Shown: one piece after another, positions 43,879 through 57,827 of the stretch | How positions within the stretch are numbered: the first letter of the stretch is position 1 | Layout: each line of letters opens with the position of its first letter | Assembly: GCF_009914755.1 (NCBI RefSeq) | Contig: NC_060938.1 | Length of the DNA stretch: 64,000 nucleotides | Source: the human T2T-CHM13v2.0 reference genome, Homo sapiens | Direction: 5' to 3' (one strand) | Position numbers and translations under genes: made by a program | The notes under the pieces: generated by a model | What the model was told of the DNA's origin: nothing | Database searches by the model: none | The model's input: only the letters and a program-made list of their open reading frames with translations

Positions 43879-45684
43879 CTATTCTATTAAACTCATTTTT
43901 TTGGATAGTTCTGCCTCTGTCCAAGGTTAGAATCTCAAGAAAATCCCATAACGTTTATATGGCTACTCTCAAATAATAAAAATTTCTCAGGTCACTTTTA
44001 GCTGAAAGAAGTTGTTCTTTCAATAATTAAAATGTGTGGTGCAGTGTAATCATCAAACCCTACATATCTTTCAAAGTTAAGACTTCTCCCAGGTCAAACC
44101 CCTTCTAGCCCAGGAAGCCTGGAGTAAGAAAGGCAAATGTGGTCACCAGCACCTGCTTCAATTCCCTGCCTTGCTCCTCTGCTCCTCCCTTTCCACTTTT
44201 ATGTTTTCTGACCCCTTCAGGGAATAGGCCTTAAGCTGTGCTCTGGGCTTGGTGGATGTTTATAATTACAAGACACCTCTGTAGGTTTCTCAGAGATTCA
44301 ATATCCTCCACTGGAAACCTCCCATTGCATGTCCCAGAACAGAGGTCATATCTCGCTGGCCTCTTTTAAGCTCCAATTTCAGCCCTAACACTCTGGGGGC
44401 CCATGCCATACAGACTATCTTGTTGGAATCCAATAAATAGCCCACCACCACTGCCTACCACTTGAAGCTCCTTTGAAGGATTATTCTAAGGATGTTTCAT
44501 TCTTCTGCTTGGCCCTCAGAGGAAACATCATTACCCAACCATTGCTGCTAAACTACACTGGTGCAGTTTTTCCCCGCAATGGCCCAATGGCTTTTCACCC
44601 TTAGAGCCCTGAAGTCTGAGGAAGATATCAATCCACTAGGTCCCTGAATTTTTTATGTCAAGTTCTGCCTCCCACAGGCTTGAGGTAAACAGGAAACATT
44701 GGGCTGTCCTCCTCCATGTAAACACTGCGATAGAAGACCAGTTGCTGGAGTTCTGGGATGGCTCAGAACCCCAGCAACTGGTCTTCTCCTATCCCAGTGC
44801 TTTCACATGCCAGATGACCACATCCTTGGCATGTTAGCACCTCACTTTGGAATAGGGAGATGCCTGGGAAATACTGTTTTGTTCTCAGCCTTTGAGGCCT
44901 TAGCCAAAATCAAGACAGAGTCTCATTTAACATTCTGTTTCAAAAACATAAAGAAAAATGCTCAGGAGAATAAATGACACATCACAGTAAAAACTGTCTC
45001 TATATAATCATTTTCTAATATTTTCCATTAGGGAAATATTAGAGATTGGCCTTCTAATTTTGACTGTCCCCCTAGAAATGTCTAGTCAATCTGAGTAAAT
45101 TGTTAGCCCTTATAGTCTTCACCTATAATTATATATATATGTATATATAATTATTTAAAGATTGTTGCATAGTCTTTCCAGGAAAATATGGCTCTGTCAT
45201 TTGAGGCTCACATGATGGAGTGGTTATTGAAACATCAGTCGTTTTAGCCAATAACATGAACAGAAGACATTTTAGCCCATCAAATTTAAGCCAGGCATAC
45301 AGACCCTGGTACCTGTTGGCAGACTTGTCCAAAGTGAGCACCTCTTGATTTATGAATAATCTGTACTTCCAGAATCACTGTTTTCTCCTATATGCAGGGA
45401 CACACCACCACCTCAGGAGACCAATAAAGCTCAAAATGTTTTGACAACGTTAGAAATTGTATGAAAAGAATTAATAGTGGCATCTCAAAAACTAAATATT
45501 TTGTTCTCTTCAAGTACTGACCAAGAACGGAAGAGGCTTCATGGAAAAGCTACTTGAGAAGTTCTGGAAAACAAATCTTTAGCACTCAGTCCTTTTTTCT
45601 GTGTTGATGCGTCATTTGAGGCACTGCTATTTATGAGCCTACAGCTGAGGACTCTGTAGTGCCAGACAACTTAATCTTCCCTGA

Positions 45685-46070
45685 TGTTATGGACTGAATG
45701 GTCGTGTACCCCCTTTCCACCAAAATTCATGTGTTGAAGCCCTAACCCTAGGGGTGGCTGTAACTGGAGTATGAAACTAATCAAGGTTAAATGAGTATAG
45801 GGCTCTGATCTGATTAGTGTCCTTACAGGAAAAGACACAGAGCTCACTCTCTTTCCTTCTCCATGTGCACACACTGAGGAAAGGCCATGTGAGGACACAG
45901 CAAAAACATGGCCATCTGCAAGGCAGGAAGAGTGTCCTCACCAGAAACTGAATTGGCTGGAAACTTGATCTTGGACTTCTGGCATCCAGAACTGTGAGAA
46001 AATAAATTTCTGTTTTTTAAACCGCCCAGTCTACGGTATTTTGTTATGGCGGCCCAAGCCGACTAATATA
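45685..46070 (+). mobile_element. MLT1A/B-like solo MaLR LTR
   Basis: TGTTATGGACTGAAT...CCAGAACTGTGAGAAAATAAATTTCTG...GACTAATATA. Confidence 0.85.
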
Positions 46071-49000
46071 TCCAATAACCTAGCAAGGGAGGAGAGGACA
46101 AAAAGACATTTCCTTCCTCTTTTTCAAAATGAGATCCCATACATTTCCAAGGATGTGTAAAAATATTAATATCTTGCTTTTACATACTATGTTTATACCC
46201 ATAGTTCTATTTATTCTTCACAATCTTTCAGTTAGTCGGACGTAACATTAATAATCCAATTTTACAGATGAGATAGAAGGAAGCTAAGCCAAGAGCTTTT
46301 GACTCCTAGCCAGATGCAGATGCCTTGGAGTATGCCTACAGATCTTTCCATTCCTGAGTGTGCTTGCAATTAGAGCATTTTGAGGAAGTCCTGCACTCGT
46401 TCAAGAATAAAACACTAGACTCCAAAAGTTACTTCTTAACAGATAAGCATAATCACAAAGAGAACAGTAGCCATAAATAATGTTGAAGAGAAAAAAAATT
46501 TTTAAGTTGGAACTGTGCTCATTTTCAATAATTTTCATTATTAATTTAGAGTTATAGTAATTTCCACCTTTCAATGAAAGCTTTTTTATACACCACATTT
46601 CAGCTTTGGATATCTGTGACACAAAGGAATAAATCTTGGTCACTTCTTATCCTTGAACACATTATGTACAGCTCCTACTAGGAGAAAAAGCTCAGCTACA
46701 ATATGAAGTTCAGAACATCCACACTTCTGATTAATCTGGAGCAGTGGAACATTTAAAGAAATAGGTTCTCTCTGGAGAACCAATGCTCTGCATTCCATTG
46801 AGAGGCCCTTCTATAGGCCTTGGTGCTATATTTCAAAAATCTAGGCCCTGAATGGCACAGCATTAATAAAGATTTAGCAGCCAAATAATTGCACTAACAT
46901 GACTTTAGCATAGAACAACATATACTTTTAGGCTCATCTTTCTGTTGTGTAAATCAATGATGAAAAACTTCAAAAATTGGACCAATGTTAGACTGCTTAG
47001 GGTAATTGATTTGGAACATGTTTAAGACATTTTTTATCCATCTATGAATTCTTAAATATTTCTTATGCCTAAGAGGCAGCCAAAAATGCCTTTCAATGAC
47101 CTTTGGTATTGACTCTTCCTAATAGAGAATGTCTCTGTTTGCTCCCATTTCAATGGCTCTTGAGGATGACTACCTAATGCTGGGGAAAATGTTGGCTGCT
47201 TTTAGCAGGCACGCCTGTCAATACCAACAGTTATACCATTCTACTCTTTCAGTTCAGTATCCATTGTACTGGAAAATGAAGCCCTATCTCTGAGTATTTA
47301 TTCCTCTCCAGATTGGCTGTCAAAAGCTCTTTATGTTGAATTTCTTTCTTATTTGGCCCTCAAAAGAGTCAGTCTCTCCTAATTGATCTGCAAATGATTA
47401 TCACATTCAGAAAAAAATGGAATCTTTGTCTAATATACAACATAAATTTGAGTTATAGTAGTATTTTGTTTGTAGATTTTTTGTGTGCACCTAGAGAAAA
47501 GAGATTTTAAAATCAAAAACATAAAAAAATTAATGAAAAAAATTAAAAATGATTTAAGGCATCATAAATAACCTAAATATCCACTAATAGAGGGTTGATA
47601 TAGATCAGATGTAATATGATAAATATGTAGCTATATAGATTTATGATGATATTTCCATTCAGTAAAGTACTCTGCTTCTAATATAAATGATACTATGACA
47701 ATGAAGCTTCTGCTTCTACAGAGCAGACTATGCACTAGGTGTTTATATCTCCTTCCTCAAAAATGTCTATAAAAATAACAGCAAAGAAATATGGAGGGCA
47801 GTTATCTCAGCACTAGGAAAGGAAGACAAAGCCATCAGCAGACCAGAAATTTGTTAAAATCTCTAAAACATAGTAGGTAGATGGAATTAGATAAGAATGA
47901 AGACGTAAACGTCCCAGGACCAAGGACACATAGTTCCAAATTAAAATAAGTAAATGCTGAGCAGAATGAATGACAAAGACCAATATATAGAAATACCTCT
48001 ACAAAATTTTGTAACACATCAAAGATAAAAAGAATATCCTAGAAGCTTCCAGGAAGAGGCTTTGGAAACCAGTTACATAAGGCCCCTGCTGTGAGGTTTA
48101 TTATCTGCCTTTTTTTTGTTGTTGTTGTTAATACTTTAAATTCTGGGATACATGTGCAGAACATGCAGGTTTTTTACATAGGTATACAGGTGCCATGGTG
48201 GTTTGCTGCACCCATCAACCTGTCATCTAATTAGGTATTTCTCCTAACGCTCTCCATCCCCTAGCCCCCCACTCCCCAATAGGCCCTGGTGTGCAATGTT
48301 CCCCTCCGTGTGTCCATGTGTTCTCATTGTTCAAGTTGCACTTATGAGAATATGTGGTGTTTGGTTTTCTATTCCTGTGTTAATTTGCTGAGAATGATAG
48401 TTTCCAGCTTCATCCATGTCCCTGGAAAGGACATGAACTCATCCTTTTTTATGACTGCATAGTATTCCATGGTGTACATGTGCCACATTTTCTTTATCAA
48501 GTCTAACACTGATGGGCATTTGGGTTGGTTCAAAGTCTTTGCTATTGTGAATAGTGCTGCAATAAACATACATGTGCATGTGTCTTTGTAGTAGAATGAT
48601 TTATAATCCTTTACATATATACCCAGTAATGGAATTGCTGGGTCAAATTTATTTCTGGTTCTAGATCCTTGAGGAATCGCCACACTGCCTTCCACAATGG
48701 TTGGACTAATTTACACTCCCACCAACAGTGTAAAAGCGTTCCTATTTCTCCACAACCTCTCCAGCATCTGCTGTTTCCTGACTTTTTAATGATTGCCATT
48801 CTAACTGGCATGAGATGGTATCTTATTGTGGTTTTGATTTGCATTTCTCTAATGACCAGTGATGACGAGCTTTTTTTCATATGTTTGTTGGCCACATAAA
48901 TGTCTTCTTTTGAGAAGTGTCTGTTCATATCCTCCACCCACTTTTTGATGGGGTTGTTTTTTTCTTGTAAATTTGTTTAAGTTCCTTGTAGATTCTGGGT

Positions 49001-49241
49001 ATTAGCCCTTTGTCAGATGGATGGATTGCAAAACATTTCTCCCATTCTATAGGTTGCCTGTTCACTCTGATAATATTTTCTTTTGCTGTGCAGAAACTAT
49101 TAGTTTAATTAGATCTCATTTGTCAATTTTGGCTTTTGTTGCCATTGCTTTTGGTCTTTTAGTCATGAAGTCTTTGCTCATGCCTATGTCCTGAACGGTA
49201 TTGCCCAGGTTTTCTTCTAGGGATTTTATGGTTTTAGGTCA

Positions 49242-49668
<427 letters not shown>

Positions 49669-49701
<33 letters not shown>

Positions 49702-49758
49702 TATATATGTGTGTGTATATATACATATATACGTGTATATGTGTGTGTATATATATAT
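49669..49758. repeat. (TA)n/(CA)/(TG) compound microsatellite from the Alu tail
   Basis: Direct observation. Confidence 0.93.
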
Positions 49759-51477
49759 GGAATCCTTTCCCTATTGCTTGTTTTTGTCAGGTTTGTCAAA
49801 GATCAGATGGTTGTAGATGTGTGGCATTATTTCTGAGACCTCTGTTCTCTTTCATTGGTCTATATATCTGTTTTGGTACAAGTACAATGCCGTTTTGGTT
49901 ACTGTAGCCTTGTAGTATAATTTGAAGTCAGGTAGCATGATGCCTCCAGCTTTGTTCTTTTTGCTTAGGATTGCCACAGCTATACAGGCTCTTTTTGGGT
50001 TCCATATGAAATTTAAAGTGCTTTTTTCTGATTCTGTGAAGAAAGTCAATGTTAGCTTGATGATGATAGCATTGAATCTATAAATTACTTTGGGCAATAT
50101 GGCCATTTTCACAATATTGATTCTTCCTATCCATGAGCATGAAATAGTTCTCCATTTGTTTGTGTCTTCTCTTATTTCCTTGAGCAGTGGTTTGTAGTTC
50201 TCATTGACGAGGTTCTTCACATCCCTTTAAGTTGTATTCCCAGGTGCTTTATTCTCTTTGTAGCAATTGTGAATGGGAGTTCACTCATGATTTGGCTGTT
50301 TGTCTGTTATTGGTGTATAGGAATGATTGTGATTTTTGTACATTGATTTTTGCATCCTGAGACTTTGTAGAAGTTGCTTATCAGCTTAAGGAGATTTTGG
50401 ACTGAGACAATGGGGTTTTCAAAACATACAATTATGTCATCCACAAAGAGAGACAATTTGACTTCCTCTTTTCCTAATTGAATACACTTTATTTCTTTCT
50501 CTTGCCTGATTGTCCTGGCCAGAACTTCCAATACTATGTTGAATAGGAGTGGTGAGAAAGGGCATCCTTTTCATGTGCCAGTTTCCAAAGGGAACGTTTC
50601 TATCTTTTGCCCACTCGGTATGATATTGGCTGTGGGATTGTCATAAATAGCTCTTATTATTTTGAGATACATTCTATTGACACTTAGTTTATTGAGAGTT
50701 TTTAGCATGAAGGGGTGTTGAATTTTGTCAAAGGCCTTTTCTGCATCTATTGAGATAATCATGTGGTTTTTGTCATTGGTTCTGTTTATGTGATGGATTA
50801 CGTTTATTGATTTGTGTATGTTGAAGCAGCCTTGCATCCCAGGGATGAAGCAGACTCAATCGTGGTGGATAAGCGTTTTGATGTGCTGCTGGATTTGGTT
50901 TGCCAGTATTTTATTGAGGATTTTTGCATTGATGTTCATCAAGGATACTGGCCTGGAATTTTCTTTTTTTGTTGTGTCTCTGCCACGTCTTGGTATGAAG
51001 ATGATGCTGGCCTCATAAAATTAGTTAGAGAGGAGTCCCCTTTTTTATTGTTTGGAATCATTTCCAAAGGAATAGTACCAGCTCCTTTGCACATCTTGTA
51101 GAATTTGGCTATGACTCTGTCTAGTCCTGAGCTTTTTTTGGTTGGTAGGCTATTAATTACTGCCTCAATTTCAGAACTTGTTATTGGTCTATTCAGGGAT
51201 TTGACTTCTTCCTGGTTTAGTCTTGAAAGGGTGTATGTTTCCAGGAATTTATCCATTTCTTCTAGATTTTCTAGTTTATTTGTGTAGAGGTGTTTATACT
51301 ATTCTCTGATGGTAGTTTGTATTTCTGTGGGATCAGTGGTGATATCCCCTTTATCGTGCTTTATTGTGTCTTTTTTATTCTTCTCTCTTTTCTTCTTTAT
51401 TAGTCTTGCTAGCAGTCTATTTTGTTAATCTTTTCAAAAAACCAACTCCTAAATTCATTCATTTTTTGGGTTTTTCA

Positions 51478-51606
<129 letters not shown>

Positions 51607-54600
51607 TCACTTTCTCCTGTGGGCATTTAGTGCTATAAATTTCCCGCTAAACCCACCTTTAGCTTTGTCCCAGAGATTCTGGTACATTGTGTCTTTGTTC
51701 TCATTGGTTTCAAAGAACTTATTTATTTCTCCCTTACTTTTGTTATTTACCCAGTAGTCATTCAGGAGCAGGTTGTTCAGTTTCTGTGTACTTGTGGTTT
51801 TGAGTGAGTTTCTTAATCCTAATTTGATTGCACTGTGATCTGAGAAACTGTTATAATTTCCATTTTCTTGCATTTGCTGAGGAGTGTTTTACTTCCAATT
51901 ATGTGGTCAATTTTAGAAAAAGTGCTATGTGGTGCTGAGAAGCATGTGTATTCTGTTGATTTGGGGTTGAGAGTTCTGTAGATGTCTATTAGGTCCGCTT
52001 GGTCCAGAGCTGAGTTCAAATCCTGAATATCTTTGTTAATTTTCTGTCTCATTGATCTAATATTGACAGTGGGGTGTTAAAATCTCCCACTATTACTGTG
52101 TGGGAGTCTAAGTCTCTCTGCAGGTCTCTAAGAACTTGCTTTATGAATCTGGGTGCTCCTGTATTGGGTGCATATATATTGGATAGTTAGCTCTTCTTGT
52201 TGCATTGATCCCTTCACCATTATGTAATGTCCCTCTTTGTCTTTTTTTATCTTTGTTGGTTTAAAGTCTGTTATATCAGAGACTAGGATTGCAACCCTTT
52301 TTTTTTTCCATTTGCTTGGAAAATAAATCTTCCTCCATCCCTTTATTTTGAGCCTATGTGTGTCTTTGCACGTGAGATGGGTCTCCTGAATATAGCACAC
52401 AAATGGGTTTTGACTCTTTATCCAATTTGCCAGTCTGTGTCTTTTAATTGGTGGCATTTAGCCCATTTACATTTAAGGTTAATATTGTTATGTGTGAATT
52501 TGATCCTGTCATTATGATGCTAGCTGGTTATTTTGCCTGTTAGTTGATGCAGTTTCTTCATAGTGTCAATGGTCTTTACAATTTGGTTTGTTTTTGCAGT
52601 GGCTGATACTAGTTTTTTTTCTTTCCATATTTAGTGATTCCTTCAGAAGCTCTTGTTAGGCAGGCCTGGTGGTGACCAAATCTCTCGCATTTGTTTGTCT
52701 GTAAAGGATTTTATTTCTCCTTTGCTTATGAAGCTTAGTTTGGCTGGATATGAAATTCTGGGTTGAAATTCTTTTCTTTAAGAATGTTGAATATTTTTCC
52801 CCTCTCTCTTCTGGCTTGTAGGGTTTCTGCAGAGAAATCTGCTGTTAGTCTGATGGGCTTCCCTTTGTGGGTAACCTAACCTTTCTCTCTGGCTGCCCTT
52901 AACATTTTTTTCTTCATTTCAACCTTGGTGAATCTGACGATTATGTGACTTGGGGTTGCTCTTCTCAAGAAATATTTTTGTGGTGTTCTCTGTATTTCCT
53001 GAATTTGCATGCTGGCCTGTCTTCCTAGGTTGGGGAAGTTCTCCTGGATAATATCCTGAAGAGTGTTTTCCAACTTGGTTCCATTCTCCCCATCACTTTC
53101 AGGTACACCAGTCAAACATAGATTTGGTCTTTTCACATAGTCCCATATTTCTTGGAGGCTTTGTTTGTTCCTTTTCACTGTTTTTTCTCTAATTTAGTCT
53201 TCACACTTTATTTCATTAAGTTGATCTTCAATCTCTGATATCCTTTTTTCCACTTGATTGATTCAGCTATTGATACTTCTGTATGCTTCACAAAGTTCTC
53301 GTGCTGTGTTTTTCAGCTCCATCAGGTCATTTATGTTCTTCTCTAAACTGTTTATTCTAGTTAGCAATTTGTCTAACCTTCTTTCAAGGTTGTTAGCTTC
53401 CTTGCCTTGGGTTAGAACATGCTCCTTTAGCTCCTCCTTTAGGAGGATTTTGTTATTACCTACCCTTCTGAAGCCTACTTCTGTCAATTCATCTATCTCA
53501 TTTTTCCATCCAGTTTTGCTCCCTTGCTGGTGAGGAGTTGTGATCCTTTGGATCACAAAGGCATTCTGGTTTTTGGAATTTTCAGCCTTTTTGTGCTAGT
53601 TCTTCCTCATCTTCACGGATTCATCTACCTTTGGTCTTTGATGTTGATGAGTTTCAGATGAGGTTTCTGTGTGGACATCTTTTTTGTTGATGTTGATGCT
53701 ATTCTTTTCTGGTTTTTAGTTTTCCTTCTAACAACCAGGCCCCTCTTCTGCAGGTCTGCTGCTGTTTGCTGGAGGTCCACTCCAGACCCTGTTTGCCTGG
53801 GTATCACCAGTGGAGGCTGCAGAACAGCAATGATTGCTGCCTGTTCCTTCCTCTGGAAGCTTCGTCCCTGAGGTGCACCTGCCAGGTGCCAGCTGGAGCT
53901 CTCCTGTATGCAGTGTCTGTCAACCCCCGCTGGGAGGTATCTCCCAGTCAGTAGGCATGGGGGTCAGGGCACCACTTGAGGAGGCAGTCTGTCCTTTAGC
54001 AGAGCTTGAGTGCTGTGCTGGGAGATCCACTGCTCTCTTCAGAGCTGGCAGGCAGGAACATTTAAGTCTGCTGAATCTCTGCCCACAGCTGCCCCTTCCC
54101 CCAGGTCCTCTGTCCCAGGGAGATGGGAGTTTTATCCATAAGTCCCTCACTGGAACTGCTGCCTTTCTTTCAGAGATGCCCTGCTCAGAAAGGAGGAATC
54201 TAGAGAGGAAATCTGGCTACAGCGGCTGTGCCAGGCTGCAGTGGGCTCCACCCAGTTCGAACTTCCTGGCAGCTTTTTTTAAACTGTGAAGGGGAAACCA
54301 CCTACTTAGGCCTCAGTAATGGCAGATGCCCCTCCCCACACTAAGCTGGAGCATCCCAGGTCGACTTCAGACTGCTGTGCTGGCAGCAAGAGTTTCAAGC
54401 CAGTGGATCTTAGCTTGCTGGGCTCCGTGAGGGTGGGATCCACTGAACTAGACCACTTGGTTCCATGGCCTCAGCCCTCTTTCCAGGGGAGTGAATGGTT
54501 CTGTCTTGCTGGCGTTCCAGGCACCACTGGGGTATGGAAAAAAAAAAAAAAAAAAAACTCCCGCAGCTAGCTTGATGTCTGCCCAAAGGGCTGCCTGGTT

Positions 54601-55768
54601 TTGTACTTGAAACCCAGGGTCCTGGTGGCGTAGGCACCTGAGGGAATCTCCTGCTCTGCGGGTTATGAAGACCATGGGAAAAGCATAGTATCTGGGCCAG
54701 AGTGCACTGTTCCTCACAGCACATACCTCATGGCTTCCCTTGGCTAGGGGAGGGAGTCCCCCAACCTCTTGTGCTTCCTGGGTGAGGGAATACCCCACCC
54801 TGCTTCGGCTCGCCCTCCGTGGGCTGCACCCACTGTCTAACCAGTCCCAATGAGATGAGCCACGTACCTCAGTTGGAAATGCAGAAATCACGCACCTTCT
54901 GCATTGACCTCACTGGGAGCTGCAGACTGTAGCTGTTCCTATTCAGCCATCTTGACAGCCATGCCCCATTATCTGAATTCTTATAGCCATGAAATTGCGT
55001 AGGGAAGCAGTCATGCCTCAAAAGTATTCATTAATGAACTTGTAAAATTAATCCTGACTCACTCAAATACCCCAACCCTATCTTAATAAATGTGTGATAA
55101 ATACATAACACAACTTTATTTCAAAGTAAAATTGCAAAACTTGAAAAGATGTAAGATTTCATAGAGTAGATAAAAGTGTTGGTAACCTTTTAAGTCACCA
55201 ACAAAGTTAGCTAAATGAGGATTAGCAGAGGCAGGTCAATTAAGGATGAAGGAGAAGAAAATCAACCAGAAAAAAAATGACAAGAACGGGTCTTCAAAGA
55301 AGAATCATTCAACAATCAAAGGATTTAAGATAGGCCCTTGGTAAAAGTCTTGAAATATTTTTATAAAAGTTATTATCTTTATGATTGTGTTGGAAAGTGA
55401 AATATAAACTTAGAAGATGTCATAGCATGGTATCATTTATTCTTATCAGAAAATAGCATCCCAATAATCCATTTTAAATGGATTATAATAAGTGGACTGA
55501 TCTGGTGCTAATTTTCCTAGAAAACAGAAGGAAGATTTCCTGTATGTACAGCCAAACCAAAGACATAATAATGTTAGTCTTCTCATAAGCAACAATAAAT
55601 GTTAAAAACAGTGGGAAAATGTCTTAAAAATTCTGAGATAAAATGACTTTAAATCAAGAATTTTATACATAAACAAACTACCAATGAAGTGTTTATCTTC
55701 CATGTATTCTTCTTCTGAAAAAATAGGCACTCCAGAAGTATTTTGAGAGAGACTGAGAACAAAAGCTA

Positions 55769-55769
<1 letters not shown>

Positions 55770-55806
<37 letters not shown>

Positions 55807-55817
55807 GAGAGAGAGAC

Positions 55818-55852
<35 letters not shown>

Positions 55853-55865
55853 TTGAGAGAAGAGA
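55770..55865. repeat. (CA)n(GA)n compound microsatellite
   Basis: Direct observation. Confidence 0.95.
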
Positions 55866-56270
55866 AGCCAAGAAAATAGAATGGAAGACATAAAGAGATG
55901 AAGAGATTTCTGCTTTAGGTATGAGGGGATAAAGTAATTCAAACCAAATCAGACTACCCTCTGGGAAAAAAATACACAAAACTTGATATAAATATGTTAT
56001 TTAAAAAGTTTCTTAAAAGCATCAAAAGCATGTCAGTATAATAAGGAATTACAGGGCAGAAATCTAAGACTTGGGGAAAGGGATACCTGGGGGCATTTGC
56101 TGATCTGAAAGAGGGAGCCCATAGGTGTTTCTGAAAGCCTTTTTGAGCTAAGGGAGAATGTCAGAGTTCAGGCCCCACCCAGTACAGAGTATTGAGCCCC
56201 CAAATGGCTATGCCCTCAGAGTAGTGGTGAAACAAAAATAAACCAATCCTTGACCAGTCTGCAGTCTTCC

Positions 56271-56722
56271 TTTTTTTTTAACTTTTAAGTTCAGGGGTAA
56301 ATGTGCAGGTTTGTTACATAGGTAAACTTGTGTCATAGAGTTTGGTTGTACAGATTATTCCCTCACCCAGGTATTAAGTCTAGTACCAATTAGTTATTTT
56401 TCCAGATCATCTCCCTCCTCCCACTCTCTACCCTCCAATAAGCCCCAGTATTTGTTGTCCCTTTCTATGTGTCCATGTGTTTTCATCATTTAGCTTCCAC
56501 TTATAAGTGAGAATATATGGTATTTAACCACATATTTTGATAAATTAATGATGTATTTTGTAATTTCTCAAATGAATACTAAAAGAACAAGGAAAGAGCC
56601 TAACACTTTCAACTAAAAGATAAGGCAAGGAAATTAATGATTTTTTAAAAAATCAATCAGAACTCATGTTCTGTTCCTGTGTTAGTTTGCTAAGGATAAT
56701 GGCCTCCAACTCCATCCCTGTC
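56271..56722 (-). mobile_element. Short 5'-truncated L1PA 3'UTR with internal ~140-bp foreign insert
   Basis: Colinear with 37321-37630 except for 56526-56667. Confidence 0.88.
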
Positions 56723-56799
56723 CAAATTTCAGTGGCCCCTAAAATTTCAAGCTGTGAAGCTTAGAGTAAGGATATTCTAGATTGTTAGCACCCCTCTTC

Positions 56800-57827
56800 A
56801 GAGGCAAATAATATCATCCTAAGTTTTAAATTATTTCAACAAATACTTTTTCAAACACAATGTCCAGCACTCACTGAAACATGGCAAGATACCATGGGCA
56901 AGAACAAGGAGTAATAAAAATATCCAATATAGCCACAGGCATAGTTAGACACAGTAAAACTATACTTAACATTTTCAAGGAGAAGAAAAGTAAGCTGTAA
57001 AATTTTAGTAGGAAACTGACAACTACAAAAAGTGACTGCAGATTTGAAAAAGAAACAAATTGAAATCCTAGAACTGAATAATTCATAAATAAAATTAAGA
57101 ATTCAATGGGCAGAATTAACAATATATTGCACAGGTGAAGAGACGGTGAACAGAAAACAGGTCAGAAGCAACTCTCCAGAATGCAGCACACCTTCAGAAA
57201 ATGGTAAAAAACACAAAAAAGAAGGTAAAAGACAGATAATTCCATGAGAGATTCTAAGTTTCAACATCTAGAAGAAGAGAAAAAGAATGGATAACAGGCA
57301 ATGTTTGTGGAGATTTTGGCTTCAAATTTTCTAAAACTAATGAAAAATATCAATGATCAAATTTAGTAATACCAATAATTTGGAACCAGCAAAAATAAAG
57401 GCAAAATGAAGACATTTTTTAGGTACATGACTAATGGAAAGTTTTCACCACTAAGAGACCTGCACCCAAAAGACTTTGTAAAGGATGTTTTTAGAGAATG
57501 GGAAAATAATTGTTGAGAAAGATACAGAGGTCAAAAAATACAAATAATGAGCAAAGATATTTGGAAAGCTGTGAGTAAATCTCAATAAACATTGACAGTA
57601 CAAAAAATAATAACACATAGGTTGGGAAGAATGTAAATGAAGCTAAGTGTTTTAAGCTCCTTGCTTCACCCAGGAAGGGAGCAAAATTATTCACTAATAA
57701 TTTCGATAAATCAATGTTATATTTTTTAATTTCTCAGAAGAACACTAGAAAAATAAAGAAAAAGCCTAACACTTTCAACTAAAAGATAAGAAATAAAATT
57801 AATAATTTTTTTAAAAAATCAATCAGA
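56800..57827 (+). mobile_element. Ancient L1ME/HAL1 ORF1-like remnant
   Basis: AAATTGAAATCCTAGAACTGAA...AAAATTAAGAATTCAATGG and AATTTTCTAAAACTAATGAAA ORF1-type motifs. Confidence 0.55.
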
